Shown here piece after piece: positions 25,571-34,031 of a stretch of DNA of 37,017 nucleotides. The notes beneath the pieces were generated by a model that was not told where the DNA came from, did not search any database, and was given only the letters and a program-made list of their open reading frames with translations. Origin of the DNA: a virus (Duplodnaviria; Caudoviricetes). The position numbers and the translations under genes were made by a program. Position 1 is the stretch's first letter; each line of letters starts with the position of its first letter. Location: positions 1 to 37,017 of IMG/VR virus record IMGVR_UViG_3300028585_000505. One strand, written 5' to 3'.

Positions 25571-26518
25571 TCATGGGTTGCCGGCGGCGCGGCGCGCGGC
25601 TTCGGCGGCGCTGATGCGGGCGTTGTAGTCGTCGTAGCTCTCATCCAGGCCTTTCGGGTCCATGCCCTGGGGCTTGCGCACCTGGATCGGCGCGGCCGGC
25701 TTGGCGTAGCCCGGCGCCGACGCGGCAGGCGGATTCATCAGGTCCCGGATGATCGGCACGAGGTAATTCGGCGCGATCTTGACCGCAGGACCCTTCTGCT
25801 CGCGAGCAGTGGCAACCGCGGCGTGCAGCACCTCCATCGGGATCTTCCGGTCGACCCAGTCCAGCACGGCGGGGTGCGTGAACTTCGCATCGACGCCGAG
25901 CTTGCGCAGCGCGACCGACAGGGCAATGGCTGGCGCAGGACTCTCGGGTGGCTCTTCCCGGGGAGGCATCGGCGCAGCGCGCGGGTTGTCCGGTTCGTCA
26001 GGCTGGTCATCGACGACGACAGCGGCGGCGGCAGCCGGCGCGCCTGCGCTGTTGTCGTTGTCTTTCTTCTGTTCTTCTCTACTCTTCTCTTCTCTAGGCG
26101 TGACTTGGTGTGACGTGGTGTGACGTGGAGTGACGCCAGCATCAGCACCAGTGTTTGCACTGTCACGCTCGCGCTGTGCTCGTTTGCGCTCGGCGGCGGT
26201 GGTGTCCACGCGCTCGCGCTTCGGCTGGCGCTCTTCCCAGCGCGTTACCCGGCCACCGTCGACCAGGGCGCGGCCCTGCATCGCTTCGAGGATGCGCGCC
26301 GTGGTGCCGTCGCCTGCGCCCAGCAGGAAGTCGGTTGCCTCGCAGTCGATCGCGCCGAACACGCCCCGCTCCGCGCTCGCGCTGGCCTGCTCCAGGATCA
26401 GCGCCCACACAGCGATCACGTCACCGACGCGCGCAGCCGCCTTCCTGGCCACCAGGCCGAACTTGGGATCGTTCACGCTGCCGTGGTGCCAGCGGAACCA
26501 GTCGATACCGTTGGCCAT
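25571..26518 (-). CDS. Replication initiator (lambda O position), 315 aa
   Basis: WFRWHHG...DPK N-terminus, VTRWEERQPKRE...AAERKRAQRER, internal iterons and REEKSREE linker. Confidence 0.8.
   Translation of the reverse strand: MANGIDWFRWHHGSVNDPKFGLVARKAAARVGDVIAVWALILEQASASAERGVFGAIDCEATDFLLGAGDGTTARILEAMQGRALVDGGRVTRWEERQPKRERVDTTAAERKRAQRERDSANTGADAGVTPRHTTSHQVTPREEKSREEQKKDNDNSAGAPAAAAAVVVDDQPDEPDNPRAAPMPPREEPPESPAPAIALSVALRKLGVDAKFTHPAVLDWVDRKIPMEVLHAAVATAREQKGPAVKIAPNYLVPIIRDLMNPPAASAPGYAKPAAPIQVRKPQGMDPKGLDESYDDYNARISAAEAARRAAGNP
26061..26170. repeat. Probable replication origin: four 10-bp iterons plus a strand-asymmetric purine/pyrimidine tract
   Basis: GTGACTTGGT GTGACGTGGT GTGACGTGGA GTGACGCCAG (26100-26139), inverted GTCAC near 26162, adjacent TCTTTCTTCTGTTCTTCTCTACTCTTCTCTTCTCT. 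Confidence 0.65.
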
Positions 26519-26772
26519 CAGTGCGCCCCTTCGATGATCGAGAGCTGGCGTGTGTCGACCGGCTTGGCCACGTAAATGAAGCCGCGTTCGCAGTGCGCCA
26601 GCTCGACGCGCTGGGCGGCCGCGCAGGCGCGCTCGCACACGTGGGCGTGCTGACCGTTGAACAAGCAACCGCGGCAGCTCTTGGCCGGCCTGGTGGTGAA
26701 CTGGATGGCTTCGGGTGCCAGGGACTCGCCCTTGTGCCCCAGCCATTTCTGGATGCTGACGAGGCGTGTCAT
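26518..26772 (-). CDS. Hypothetical Cys-containing protein, 84 aa
   Basis: Coupled at both ends; SCRGCLF motif. Confidence 0.7.
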   Translation of the reverse strand: MTRLVSIQKWLGHKGESLAPEAIQFTTRPAKSCRGCLFNGQHAHVCERACAAAQRVELAHCERGFIYVAKPVDTRQLSIIEGAH

Positions 26773-26963
26773 GGCTTGGCTTTCACGATCTCGGCTTGTG
26801 GCTTGAGCAGGCTGGCGCGCGCGGCCTGGTCGTAGCCATCCAGCCAGTGCGCCAGGCCCGGCGACTCAGGGTCGAGGTGGTGCGCATCGCGATCGGCGCC
26901 GCGGTAGAACGCCTCCATGCCGCGGTTGAAGTAGCCGGCGCAGGAAATAATCTGGTCAATCAT
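26769..26963 (-). CDS. Hypothetical protein, 64 aa
   Basis: Coupled at both ends; AAGGA RBS. Confidence 0.7.
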   Translation of the reverse strand: MIDQIISCAGYFNRGMEAFYRGADRDAHHLDPESPGLAHWLDGYDQAARASLLKPQAEIVKAKP

Positions 26964-27367
26964 GGGTAGTTCCTTTGTTGCAGTGGCGCCGGCGCGCCGA
27001 ACAGCGCAGCGACGAGCGGGTCGCGTTGATGGACCGCTGGGTAGGACTTGCTGACAATGACGCGACGGGCGAAGCCGTTCTTGCCGCGCACTCGCGGCTC
27101 ATGCACGTAGCCGGGCTGGCCAAACTTGTCGACTCCCGGGCCCAGGTGCCATACGCGCATGGAGCCGCCGCCAGCGCGCGCGATGCGGTCGCCGTGAACG
27201 ATGCCCAACGAGGCCAGGTAGTTCAGGCGCGACGAAACCAGCTTCGTCTTGACGCTCAGGCGCCGGCTGATCGCCTCGCTGGTGTGCAGCCCGTCCTTGA
27301 TGCATTTGAGGATCAGTACGCGCAGCTTCTCGGCCGGCGGCGCCTGGATAAAGGTTGGGATGTTCAT
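26960..27367 (-). CDS. Winged-HTH-like protein, 135 aa
   Basis: TSEAISRRLSV....VSSRLNYL...GIV; ATG overlaps the cII stop. Confidence 0.65.
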   Translation of the reverse strand: MNIPTFIQAPPAEKLRVLILKCIKDGLHTSEAISRRLSVKTKLVSSRLNYLASLGIVHGDRIARAGGGSMRVWHLGPGVDKFGQPGYVHEPRVRGKNGFARRVIVSKSYPAVHQRDPLVAALFGAPAPLQQRNYP

Positions 27368-27801
27368 TGCGCCATCCCGTTCAGGCGCGCCAGCAGTTCC
27401 ATCATCGGGCGGATCGACACGTAGATCGCCTTCTCGATGTTGCGGACCTCGTGCTGGTCGATCCGGCCGTCGGCCAGCGCGGTGTGCACTTGGGTGCCGA
27501 CCTCGCCCAGCGACTTCCAGATGTCGGTTACCGATTCCAGCACCGCCATGTCGCTGGCCGGCTGCTCGTCGATCTTGGTGCACACGAAGCCGTGCTGGCG
27601 CGCCAGCGCATGCAGCACGTCGTGGCAGCCGGTCAGTTCCATCACCCGCGATGCGTCATCCATCGTCAGCACGTTCGTGGTGCTGTTCGGGTTGGCCTTA
27701 TTGCGCAGCAGGCCTGCGGTGTAGCCCAGGCGCACGGCGAGCGCCTCGCAGCCGCCTGGGGCTTCGTGAACGGTGCGGTGGAAGGCGTCTTTGTAGTTCA
27801 T
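27364..27801 (-). CDS. Phage regulatory CII-family protein
   Basis: PGG.EALA.RLG....L.NK.NP, ALADGRID..E motifs; follows cro. Confidence 0.85.
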   Translation of the reverse strand: MNYKDAFHRTVHEAPGGCEALAVRLGYTAGLLRNKANPNSTTNVLTMDDASRVMELTGCHDVLHALARQHGFVCTKIDEQPASDMAVLESVTDIWKSLGEVGTQVHTALADGRIDQHEVRNIEKAIYVSIRPMMELLARLNGMAQ

Positions 27802-27873
27802 GTGTCATTCCTGAGAACAAATGAGGCGTGGAAATGTCGAGTGCGTGACAATGCTGTTATGGAAACTTCAAAA

Positions 27874-28089
27874 TTAAGTCCGGGGCTTCGAACGCTGCGG
27901 GCGCCCCCGGCAATGCCGCTTGTGCACCTCGAGGATCGCGGCCAGGGTGTCGCTCAGACAGTTCGGCTGGCCCTTGAGGATGCGGTTGACGGTTGGCTGA
28001 GAGGTCTTGAGCTCCAGCGCGAGTCGCGTCTGGCTCCAACCTGTCGCCTGCTGAATTTCCCTGAGAAGGGTCGAAGAGTCTTTGTCCAT
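27874..28089 (-). CDS. cro: Cro-like repressor
   Basis: HTH WSQTRLALELKTSQPTVNRILKG; divergent from cI. Confidence 0.85.
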   Translation of the reverse strand: MDKDSSTLLREIQQATGWSQTRLALELKTSQPTVNRILKGQPNCLSDTLAAILEVHKRHCRGRPQRSKPRT

Positions 28090-28098
28090 GGCTCAAGT

Positions 28099-28172
28099 CT
28101 ATACGCGAATGGATAGGAAAGCAATCCACAAATGAATAGCTTGTTGTGTGTGGGCTATACGCGCGCGTATAG
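28099..28172. promoter_or_regulatory. OR region: three 18-bp operators with PR and PRM
   Basis: CTATACGCGAATGGATAG (28099-28116), CAATCCACAAATGAATAG (28122-28139), CTATACGCGCGCGTATAG (28155-28172); PR TTGCTT-N17-TAGACT on the minus strand. Confidence 0.8.
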
Positions 28173-28179
28173 TTTCAAG

Positions 28180-28884
28180 ATGACTATCTCAACCAGGCTT
28201 GATCAGGCAATGCAAGCGGCAGGAATCGTGTCGCAGAGTGCACTTGCCCGCGCGTCAGGCGTGCCGCAGCCGACCATCAATCGCATCCTGAAGGGGAGCG
28301 GAAAAAAGGGACCGGAAACGAACACGGTGGTACAGCTCGCCCAGGCATGCAACGTCACTGCGCAATGGCTAATGGACGGCACAGGGCCCATGAGCCGGGT
28401 CTCCACCGATGAGGCCCCCGAGGGTGAGGTCATAAAAGTTTCGGTCGACGACACCGAAGGCGATTTCATTGGCGTGCGGATGGTCGCGCGCTATATCCAT
28501 GCTGGCGTCGGCGGCCAGGATGGCGACATTGAATTTGAAGACGACACGATGCTGAGTTTGCGGCGCGCCTGGGTGGCGGAGAAGGGTTTGCCGGCGTCCG
28601 CGCTTGTGGCAATCCGGGTGATCGGCGACAGCATGTATCCGACCTTGAGGAAAGGGAACGTCGTTATCGTGAACACCGCCGACAGCGACGTGCACAAGCT
28701 GATCGATGGCGCCCTGTACGCGGTGAATCATCGCGGCAAGCCGTGCGTCAAGCGCTTGGAGTTGGAGTCGGGACGGTGGTACCTGGCATCAGACAACAAG
28801 CTGCCGGAATACCGGACTCGGCCAGTCGACGAAAGCACGGAGGTGATAGGCCGCGTAGTGCGCATGGAAGCTGACTTCATCTAA
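28180..28884 (+). CDS. cI: CI repressor (HTH + S24 autopeptidase), 234 aa
   Basis: HTH SQSALARASGVPQPTINRILKG, Ala-Gly site HAG, GDSMYP (Ser) and VKRL (Lys). Confidence 0.95.
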   Translation: MTISTRLDQAMQAAGIVSQSALARASGVPQPTINRILKGSGKKGPETNTVVQLAQACNVTAQWLMDGTGPMSRVSTDEAPEGEVIKVSVDDTEGDFIGVRMVARYIHAGVGGQDGDIEFEDDTMLSLRRAWVAEKGLPASALVAIRVIGDSMYPTLRKGNVVIVNTADSDVHKLIDGALYAVNHRGKPCVKRLELESGRWYLASDNKLPEYRTRPVDESTEVIGRVVRMEADFI

Positions 28885-29171
28885 TGCGTATTCAGGTTGC
28901 AGAGGTGACTCCTTACGGGGCGCCTACACTGGTCGCGCTCGTGCCTTCAGAGTTCACGCTACCGGCGGCCGGTGACGGTATGCTGGTCAAGATTCAGCGG
29001 CACTACCCCACGCATCCGATCATGCTGGTATCGGTCGAGGCGAATGGCTTTCGGGCATATGCAAAGTTCCAGACGCACATGCTGTTGGCGCTGATCCAGC
29101 TGGAGTATTTAGACTTGGTGGAGCTCGACCTGGCCACCGCGCCGGCGGAGAGTGACGACCTGCCCTTCTAG
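28884..29171 (+). CDS. Hypothetical protein, 95 aa, coupled to cI
   Basis: TAATG overlap; ends DDLPF. Confidence 0.7.
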   Translation: MRIQVAEVTPYGAPTLVALVPSEFTLPAAGDGMLVKIQRHYPTHPIMLVSVEANGFRAYAKFQTHMLLALIQLEYLDLVELDLATAPAESDDLPF

Positions 29172-29229
29172 GGCAACTACCGACTGCTCGGACGCAAGTA
29201 TGCGGTTGAGCAATATTAAGGACTTGACC

Positions 29230-29595
29230 ATGGCACTCATCTGGGTTGTCGCTTTCTTCATACTCGCAGCAGTGAGTGCGCTCATCATGAACTTCAAGGG
29301 GCGCGGCGGCGGCAAGTTCTTCTTAAAGCTGATGGGGGGCGCACTGGCGCTTGACCTGGTTACCCTTTGGGCGCTCAACGGCATGGAGTCGCGCGGCTTC
29401 TACGTGACGGTCGTTGCGATGACCGCCGCCCTTCTGGGCCTTGTGCTGGCCATTTTCAGCCCGAGCGCCAAAGAGCTTGCGGTGCAGGATGGCCAGCACG
29501 GCAAGTATAAAAAGTGCCCCTTCTGTGCCGAACCGGTTCGCAAGGAAGCGGTGAAGTGCAAGCACTGTCAGTCTGAACTTACAGCCAGGGGTTGA
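29230..29595 (+). CDS. Membrane protein (about 3 TM) with C-terminal zinc ribbon
   Basis: Three hydrophobic segments; KKCPFCAE.V..EA.KCKHC; AAGGA RBS. Confidence 0.75.
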   Translation: MALIWVVAFFILAAVSALIMNFKGRGGGKFFLKLMGGALALDLVTLWALNGMESRGFYVTVVAMTAALLGLVLAIFSPSAKELAVQDGQHGKYKKCPFCAEPVRKEAVKCKHCQSELTARG

Positions 29596-29601
29596 ATTGT
29601 A

Positions 29602-30054
29602 ATGCAGGACATTCCGGAATACGAAGCTCGTGCGCTGTTCGCGGCCCCGCTGGTTTGCGAAGACGCCGACCCCTGGGAGACCTTCAAAGGCAATCCTCAT
29701 GTAGTCGAGGTGACTGCTGGTCTACTCGATGAAAGCGGACGGAGTGCCGGCCTGCTTCTGAAATTGATCTATCACTACAGCCCAAAGACAAGAATTCGCA
29801 CTTGCAAGTTCACGGTCTATGTCAGGCGCCACCACGGACTAGACCGGGCCTATCAGCTTGAGGTCAACCAGTATCCCGTCAAGTTGACGGATGCGCACAA
29901 GCGATCACATGAACATATGGGGCGCCTGCGTGTAACAGGGGATGCGAGCTGGGAGCATTGGGAGTACGATGACGCCATCGCTCATTTTTGCATGCAAACG
30001 AACGTCAGCTTCCGCCCGCCACTGCACCACCCAGAGCATTTCTATCTGAGGTAA
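29602..30054 (+). CDS. Hypothetical protein, 150 aa, partner of the DUF1828 gene
   Basis: H..SHEH motif and A..HFC..TNV.F C-terminus, reminiscent of DUF6978-like proteins. Confidence 0.65.
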   Translation: MQDIPEYEARALFAAPLVCEDADPWETFKGNPHVVEVTAGLLDESGRSAGLLLKLIYHYSPKTRIRTCKFTVYVRRHHGLDRAYQLEVNQYPVKLTDAHKRSHEHMGRLRVTGDASWEHWEYDDAIAHFCMQTNVSFRPPLHHPEHFYLR

Positions 30055-30058
30055 TGCC

Positions 30059-30808
30059 ATGATTTGCTCTAATATTTCGACCCTGCTAGGGATTAAATGC
30101 CACCCTCTCAATGAGGATGGATCAGTGGCAATGCTGGAAACACCATTTCAATTTGAGGATGGCGACAGCGTTCCTGTATTCCTCGAACGTCAAGGAGCCA
30201 AAGTAAGATTCTTCGATGACGGAAACGTAATCCTTCACTTCCGCGGGCGGGGAGTCTCAATCGAAAACAATCGTCAGACTCGCTTTATAAAGAACTTAGC
30301 CGAACCTAATGGAGTCAGGCTGAATGACATAGGCGAGCTAGAGATCTGGGCAAGTGCAGACGAAGCGTCTACAGCCTTTGCGAAATTTATGGCGACTCTC
30401 ACTCAACTGACGAACTGGGAACGAGATCAAATTGGACTATCGACTGATACTTCCTTGCTTATTATTGAGGTGGCGCAATGCTTGCGCGCCTGGAAGCCAC
30501 ATATACCCCTTATAGAGCGGCCTAGATATATTGGCGTTTCCGGTCAAGAATATCATTTAGATTTCGACTTCGATGGCGAGGGAGTTATTGCAATTAGCCC
30601 GCATCACATTGCAGTGAATGCTGCGATAAAAAAGCTTCTCGATATTAAAAGCAGTCCCGAGCATTCCAATCTTAGGGTTATGGCTGTGCTTGATGACAGG
30701 TTTGACAGCAAGACCGCAAAACGCGAGGGATTGATTATTGACGCGCTCGCGAGCGTTTGGTTGATGTCGAAGCTGGAAGCCAAGGCTGGCCTGACGACTC
30801 GACAGTAG
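30059..30808 (+). CDS. DUF1828 (plus DUF1829-like) domain protein
   Basis: LETPFQFEDGD.V.VFL....VRFFDDG N-terminus; GVSGQEYHLDF C-terminal motif; visibly AT-richer DNA. Confidence 0.75.
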   Translation: MICSNISTLLGIKCHPLNEDGSVAMLETPFQFEDGDSVPVFLERQGAKVRFFDDGNVILHFRGRGVSIENNRQTRFIKNLAEPNGVRLNDIGELEIWASADEASTAFAKFMATLTQLTNWERDQIGLSTDTSLLIIEVAQCLRAWKPHIPLIERPRYIGVSGQEYHLDFDFDGEGVIAISPHHIAVNAAIKKLLDIKSSPEHSNLRVMAVLDDRFDSKTAKREGLIIDALASVWLMSKLEAKAGLTTRQ

Positions 30809-30860
30809 TAGGACGTGAGCCCACTCATGTGATTCCTGCGTAAGCGGAAATCACATCTTC

Positions 30861-30883
30861 GCCCGCCAAGCGCGGGCTTTTTT
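30861..30883 (+). terminator. Intrinsic terminator closing the cI/accessory transcript
   Basis: GCCCGC-CAAGC-GCGGGC-TTTTTT. Confidence 0.85.
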
Positions 30884-30942
30884 GCGCGCCTGCCTCTTGC
30901 CATACCGGGGCACAGCCAGGCGAGGCTTTTCCGCGACAATAA

Positions 30943-30985
30943 TTATTCATTCGCGTATTGCCTTATCTATCCATTCGTGTATAGT
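30943..30985 (+). promoter_or_regulatory. OL operators and PL promoter
   Basis: TTATTCATTCGCGTATTG (30943-30960) and CTATCCATTCGTGTATAG (30967-30984; reverse complement differs by 1 nt from the 28099 operator); TTGCCT-N16-TATAGT. Confidence 0.8.
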
Positions 30986-31014
30986 TCTATCCATGCCTGC
31001 ACTACATAGCTCAC

Positions 31015-31102
31015 GGCGCAGTGCTCACACAGCGCGGCTTGCGAAGTGCCCATCAACGGTGCCTCGAAGAAAGCGAGACGTGCTGTGTGGTAGCTGGCCG
31101 CC
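31015..31102 (+). ncRNA. Candidate structured leader RNA after PL
   Basis: 11-bp helix CACACAGCGCG/CGTGCTGTGTG enclosing three short hairpins, with an extendable outer stem. Confidence 0.4.
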
Positions 31103-31147
31103 ACACCAACAACTCAGCCGCAGTGCGGCGACAACCGGAGAAACGAT

Positions 31148-31555
31148 ATGGGCACACGTGCGGATTTCTACGTAGGCAAGGGCAAGGACGCCGAATGGAT
31201 CGGCAGCATCGGCTGGGATGGCTATCCCGACGGCATCGGCGATGCGGTGCTTCAGGCCGGCGATGCTGACGCTTTCCGCGCGGCGGTTGCTTCGTTCTTC
31301 GCCGCCCGCTCCGATGTGACGCTGCCTGAGCATGGCTGGCCGTGGCCCTGGAACGACAGCGGCACCACCGATTACTCGTACTGGCACTTCGACGGCAAGA
31401 CCTGGGGCAGCGGATTTGGTGGTGACCTGTTTCCCTGCGACCAGGATGAGCCCGAGGAGCCGACCGGCATCGAGTGTCACGGAATGCCCGACATGGCTTC
31501 GCGCAAGAACGTCGCGATGGACAACCGCTCCGGCCTGATCGTAATCGGCGCGTAG
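31148..31555 (+). CDS. Phage hypothetical protein, first early-left gene
   Basis: GGAGA RBS; MGTR....WDGYPDGIG N-terminus. Confidence 0.8.
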   Translation: MGTRADFYVGKGKDAEWIGSIGWDGYPDGIGDAVLQAGDADAFRAAVASFFAARSDVTLPEHGWPWPWNDSGTTDYSYWHFDGKTWGSGFGGDLFPCDQDEPEEPTGIECHGMPDMASRKNVAMDNRSGLIVIGA

Positions 31556-31597
31556 CACCACCAGCCCGGTTCGCCGGGCGAACGAAAGGATCCGGGC

Positions 31598-32074
31598 ATG
31601 GCCCAGCAATACGACACCGAGTACCTTAGCCAGGCGATCGACGAAGAGATCGAACTGGCCCTGCTCGACAAAAAACTGAAAGGCGCCAAGCCGCGCAGCC
31701 TGTACTTCGACGTGCCGGTGCACCAGAAGGTGGCGCGCGGGTCACTGGTCGGGATGTACGGCGGCTTGCAGTCGGTCGACCTGCCCCGCTACCGCCGCAA
31801 TCCGCGCGACGCCGGCGAGCTGGCGATCCGCCGCGGCGTGAGCGTCAAGCACGACCACGACGAGTTCAGCGTGTCGGCGTACGGCGGCAACAGCCGGCGC
31901 GCGGTGACCGAGTTCTACGGCGCGCACCCGGACGTCGGCGCCGCCACCATGGCCGCAATCACCCGCGCCGCGATCCAGCTGCTGACCGAGCAGCGCGACG
32001 AAGTTGCCGCGCTCAACCCTACCCGCTCGAAGTCGAGCCGCCAGCCCCGCGCCCGGGCAAAAACGAAAGAGTGA
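31598..32074 (+). CDS. Hypothetical protein, possibly phage ABA-sandwich-like
   Basis: LPRY.RN..DA..L and TMAAITRAA segments; AAGGA RBS. Confidence 0.6.
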   Translation: MAQQYDTEYLSQAIDEEIELALLDKKLKGAKPRSLYFDVPVHQKVARGSLVGMYGGLQSVDLPRYRRNPRDAGELAIRRGVSVKHDHDEFSVSAYGGNSRRAVTEFYGAHPDVGAATMAAITRAAIQLLTEQRDEVAALNPTRSKSSRQPRARAKTKE

Positions 32075-32082
32075 GAACCGCC

Positions 32083-32220
32083 ATGCGCTACCGAATCACC
32101 ATCTGCACCGCCGCCGGCGCCGCGCCGGTCACGTACACCGCCATCGGCGATCGCGACCAGCTGCAGGACGCAGCGTATGACGACGGCGCCCTGGGCGTGT
32201 CGGTGATCCTGGAGGGCTGA
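32083..32220 (+). CDS. Small hypothetical protein, 45 aa (MRYRITICTAAG...)
   Basis: Fills the operon gap; GC3-rich codons. Confidence 0.6.
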   Translation: MRYRITICTAAGAAPVTYTAIGDRDQLQDAAYDDGALGVSVILEG

Positions 32221-32225
32221 CGATT

Positions 32226-32408
32226 ATGGCACGCACAGCACGCCGCGCCTGGCGCGCGCCCAGCGCCGACAGCCAGGGCATGACCCAGGCCGATCTGGAC
32301 GCGATCAAGAGCTACCGGGCGAACCGCGGCTCGCCGCGCTACTACCGCGACCTGAAAGTAATCGACGAGAAGTCCCCATCCGCTCAACTGGACGATACGA
32401 AGAAATGA
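32226..32408 (+). CDS. Hypothetical protein, 60 aa
   Basis: GGAGG RBS; coupled to the next gene. Confidence 0.65.
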   Translation: MARTARRAWRAPSADSQGMTQADLDAIKSYRANRGSPRYYRDLKVIDEKSPSAQLDDTKK

Positions 32409-32791
32409 CTGCTACCCCGCAAGCACCGGCGCCGGCCGCGCCGCAGCGTCGCACCCTCGAAGACTTCCCCCTGCCTGGCCAGCCGCTCGCCTGGTCTGAG
32501 GATGGCACGCCATTCGAGTCGACCAACGTCGTGTATTTCTATCGCGAGCACGCTTGGGAGCCCAGGCGCTGGGCAGAGATCAATACCCAGGAGCGCCTGC
32601 TGGAATTGAAGGCGGCGCCGGCCCTCTACGAGGTGCGCACCATGTTCAACGTTTCTGTCGAAGCGCTGTCCCGGGCGCCGATCACGCACTACGCGGCTGC
32701 ACAGACCAAGCTCGACATCATCAATGCAGCGGCAGGCGCGGTAAAGGCGAACCTGCGTGCCTTCCTGCGCGAAACGGCGGAGAAGCTATGA
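32405..32791 (+). CDS. Hypothetical protein, 128 aa
   Basis: ATGA coupling at both ends. Confidence 0.7.
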   Translation: MTATPQAPAPAAPQRRTLEDFPLPGQPLAWSEDGTPFESTNVVYFYREHAWEPRRWAEINTQERLLELKAAPALYEVRTMFNVSVEALSRAPITHYAAAQTKLDIINAAAGAVKANLRAFLRETAEKL

Positions 32792-32889
32792 GCGAGCACC
32801 AGCTGCGCGCCATCTGGCGCAACACGGTCGCCGTGCTGGCGTGGGTTGGTGCGTGCGCCACTGCCATCGTCACCGGACTGCCGCAATGA
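32788..32889 (+). CDS. Single-TM micro-protein, 33 aa
   Basis: MSEHQLRAIWRNTVAVLAWVGACATAIVTGLPQ; coupled at both ends. Confidence 0.55.
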   Translation: MSEHQLRAIWRNTVAVLAWVGACATAIVTGLPQ

Positions 32890-33014
32890 TCCGCCGCATT
32901 GCCCAGGCGCTGGTCTTCGTGCTGGCCTTCCTGATCATCGTGGCCGAGATCCAGCGCGCCGAAGACGCTGCAGCAGCGCGCGACAGCGCCCTCTTCTACG
33001 AGGCCAGGCCGTGA
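32886..33014 (+). CDS. Single-TM micro-protein, 42 aa
   Basis: MIRRIAQALVFVLAFLIIVAE...; coupled at both ends. Confidence 0.6.
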   Translation: MIRRIAQALVFVLAFLIIVAEIQRAEDAAAARDSALFYEARP

Positions 33015-33202
33015 CCTACGAAGAACTGCGCATCACGTACCAGTGCCCCGAGCAGATGGCGCGCGACCTGTTCAAGCAGCTGGCGACGGCGCAGGCCATG
33101 CACACGATGGAGCAAGCCCTGCGCGCCAGGGCAGAAAAGAAACTGGCAGCGGCCACCACCACGGCGCCGCGCCGCGCATACCGACAAGACGAGGAGAAAT
33201 GA
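33011..33202 (+). CDS. Hypothetical protein, 63 aa
   Basis: GTGA and ATGA coupling. Confidence 0.6.
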   Translation: MTYEELRITYQCPEQMARDLFKQLATAQAMHTMEQALRARAEKKLAAATTTAPRRAYRQDEEK

Positions 33203-33783
33203 TGAGCAACGAAAGCAACAGCCCTGTGTCGATGGATGACGTCGCGCGCTACTTTAATGCGCCGGCGGCGCTGGCAGCGCTCACCAACGCCGAGATGATC
33301 GCCGCGCTGAGCGAGGTGCACTCCTGGGCACGCGATCTGCCGATCCCAACGCGCGGCGCTTGCTCGGCAATGCAGAAGGTGTGCGCCGTCCGGGATGCGC
33401 TTGCTGCCGCCCCTGTCGCGGCACAAGCCGGTCAGGTAGCGGTGCCGGAAATGACCGATGCCGAGATCGTCTCCGTTTGGCAAGGTATGCCGGGCGGCGC
33501 CGAAGGCTGGCTGAAACAGTTCGGGTATCTCCAATTCGCGCGCGCTGTGCTCGCCGCTGCTCCCGCCGCGCCAGCACAAGCCAAGCCTCTGCCGTCCACC
33601 CAGCCGTTGATCGGCAAGCTGCTCGACCAGTTCTCCGAATTGCCGGTGCTTTGGGGCTTGAACGAACCTGGCGCGCTCGTTCGCCATGGCGATGTGTTCA
33701 AGATGCTTGTCGACGCGGGCAAGGCAGAGCGCGCCCAGGCATCTACAGCAGACGTGCGTAGCCAGGAAGGCGGTGCAGCGTGA
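33199..33783 (+). CDS. Hypothetical mosaic early protein
   Basis: GAGGAG RBS; MTDAEI...W....FARAVLAAAP module common in phage early genes. Confidence 0.7.
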   Translation: MMSNESNSPVSMDDVARYFNAPAALAALTNAEMIAALSEVHSWARDLPIPTRGACSAMQKVCAVRDALAAAPVAAQAGQVAVPEMTDAEIVSVWQGMPGGAEGWLKQFGYLQFARAVLAAAPAAPAQAKPLPSTQPLIGKLLDQFSELPVLWGLNEPGALVRHGDVFKMLVDAGKAERAQASTADVRSQEGGAA

Positions 33784-34031
33784 GCCAGTCCATCTCCGAC
33801 CAGTTTATCGAGGTCATGGCTGCCGTGCGCGCCATCGACATTGCCAGCGACGATCCGATGCGGCACGTGATGCGCAGTTTGAAGCAGGAGGCTGAGCAGA
33901 TCATCAGCGAGGCGCTCCGTCGCGCCGGGTTGCTGGCCTACCACGCACGCACCATTCAGCATGACGCAGCCGAAGCTGTCAAAGAGGCGGTCGAAGCCGC
34001 AGCGGAAACCGAACCCGAGGAATCGAAATGA
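33780..34031 (+). CDS. Hypothetical protein, 83 aa
   Basis: Coupled at both ends. Confidence 0.65.
   Translation: MSQSISDQFIEVMAAVRAIDIASDDPMRHVMRSLKQEAEQIISEALRRAGLLAYHARTIQHDAAEAVKEAVEAAAETEPEESK

Noticed and set aside
26100-26139. Short direct repeats as a possible CRISPR array
   Set aside because: 10-bp contiguous units without spacers, inside the initiator gene; better explained as origin iterons
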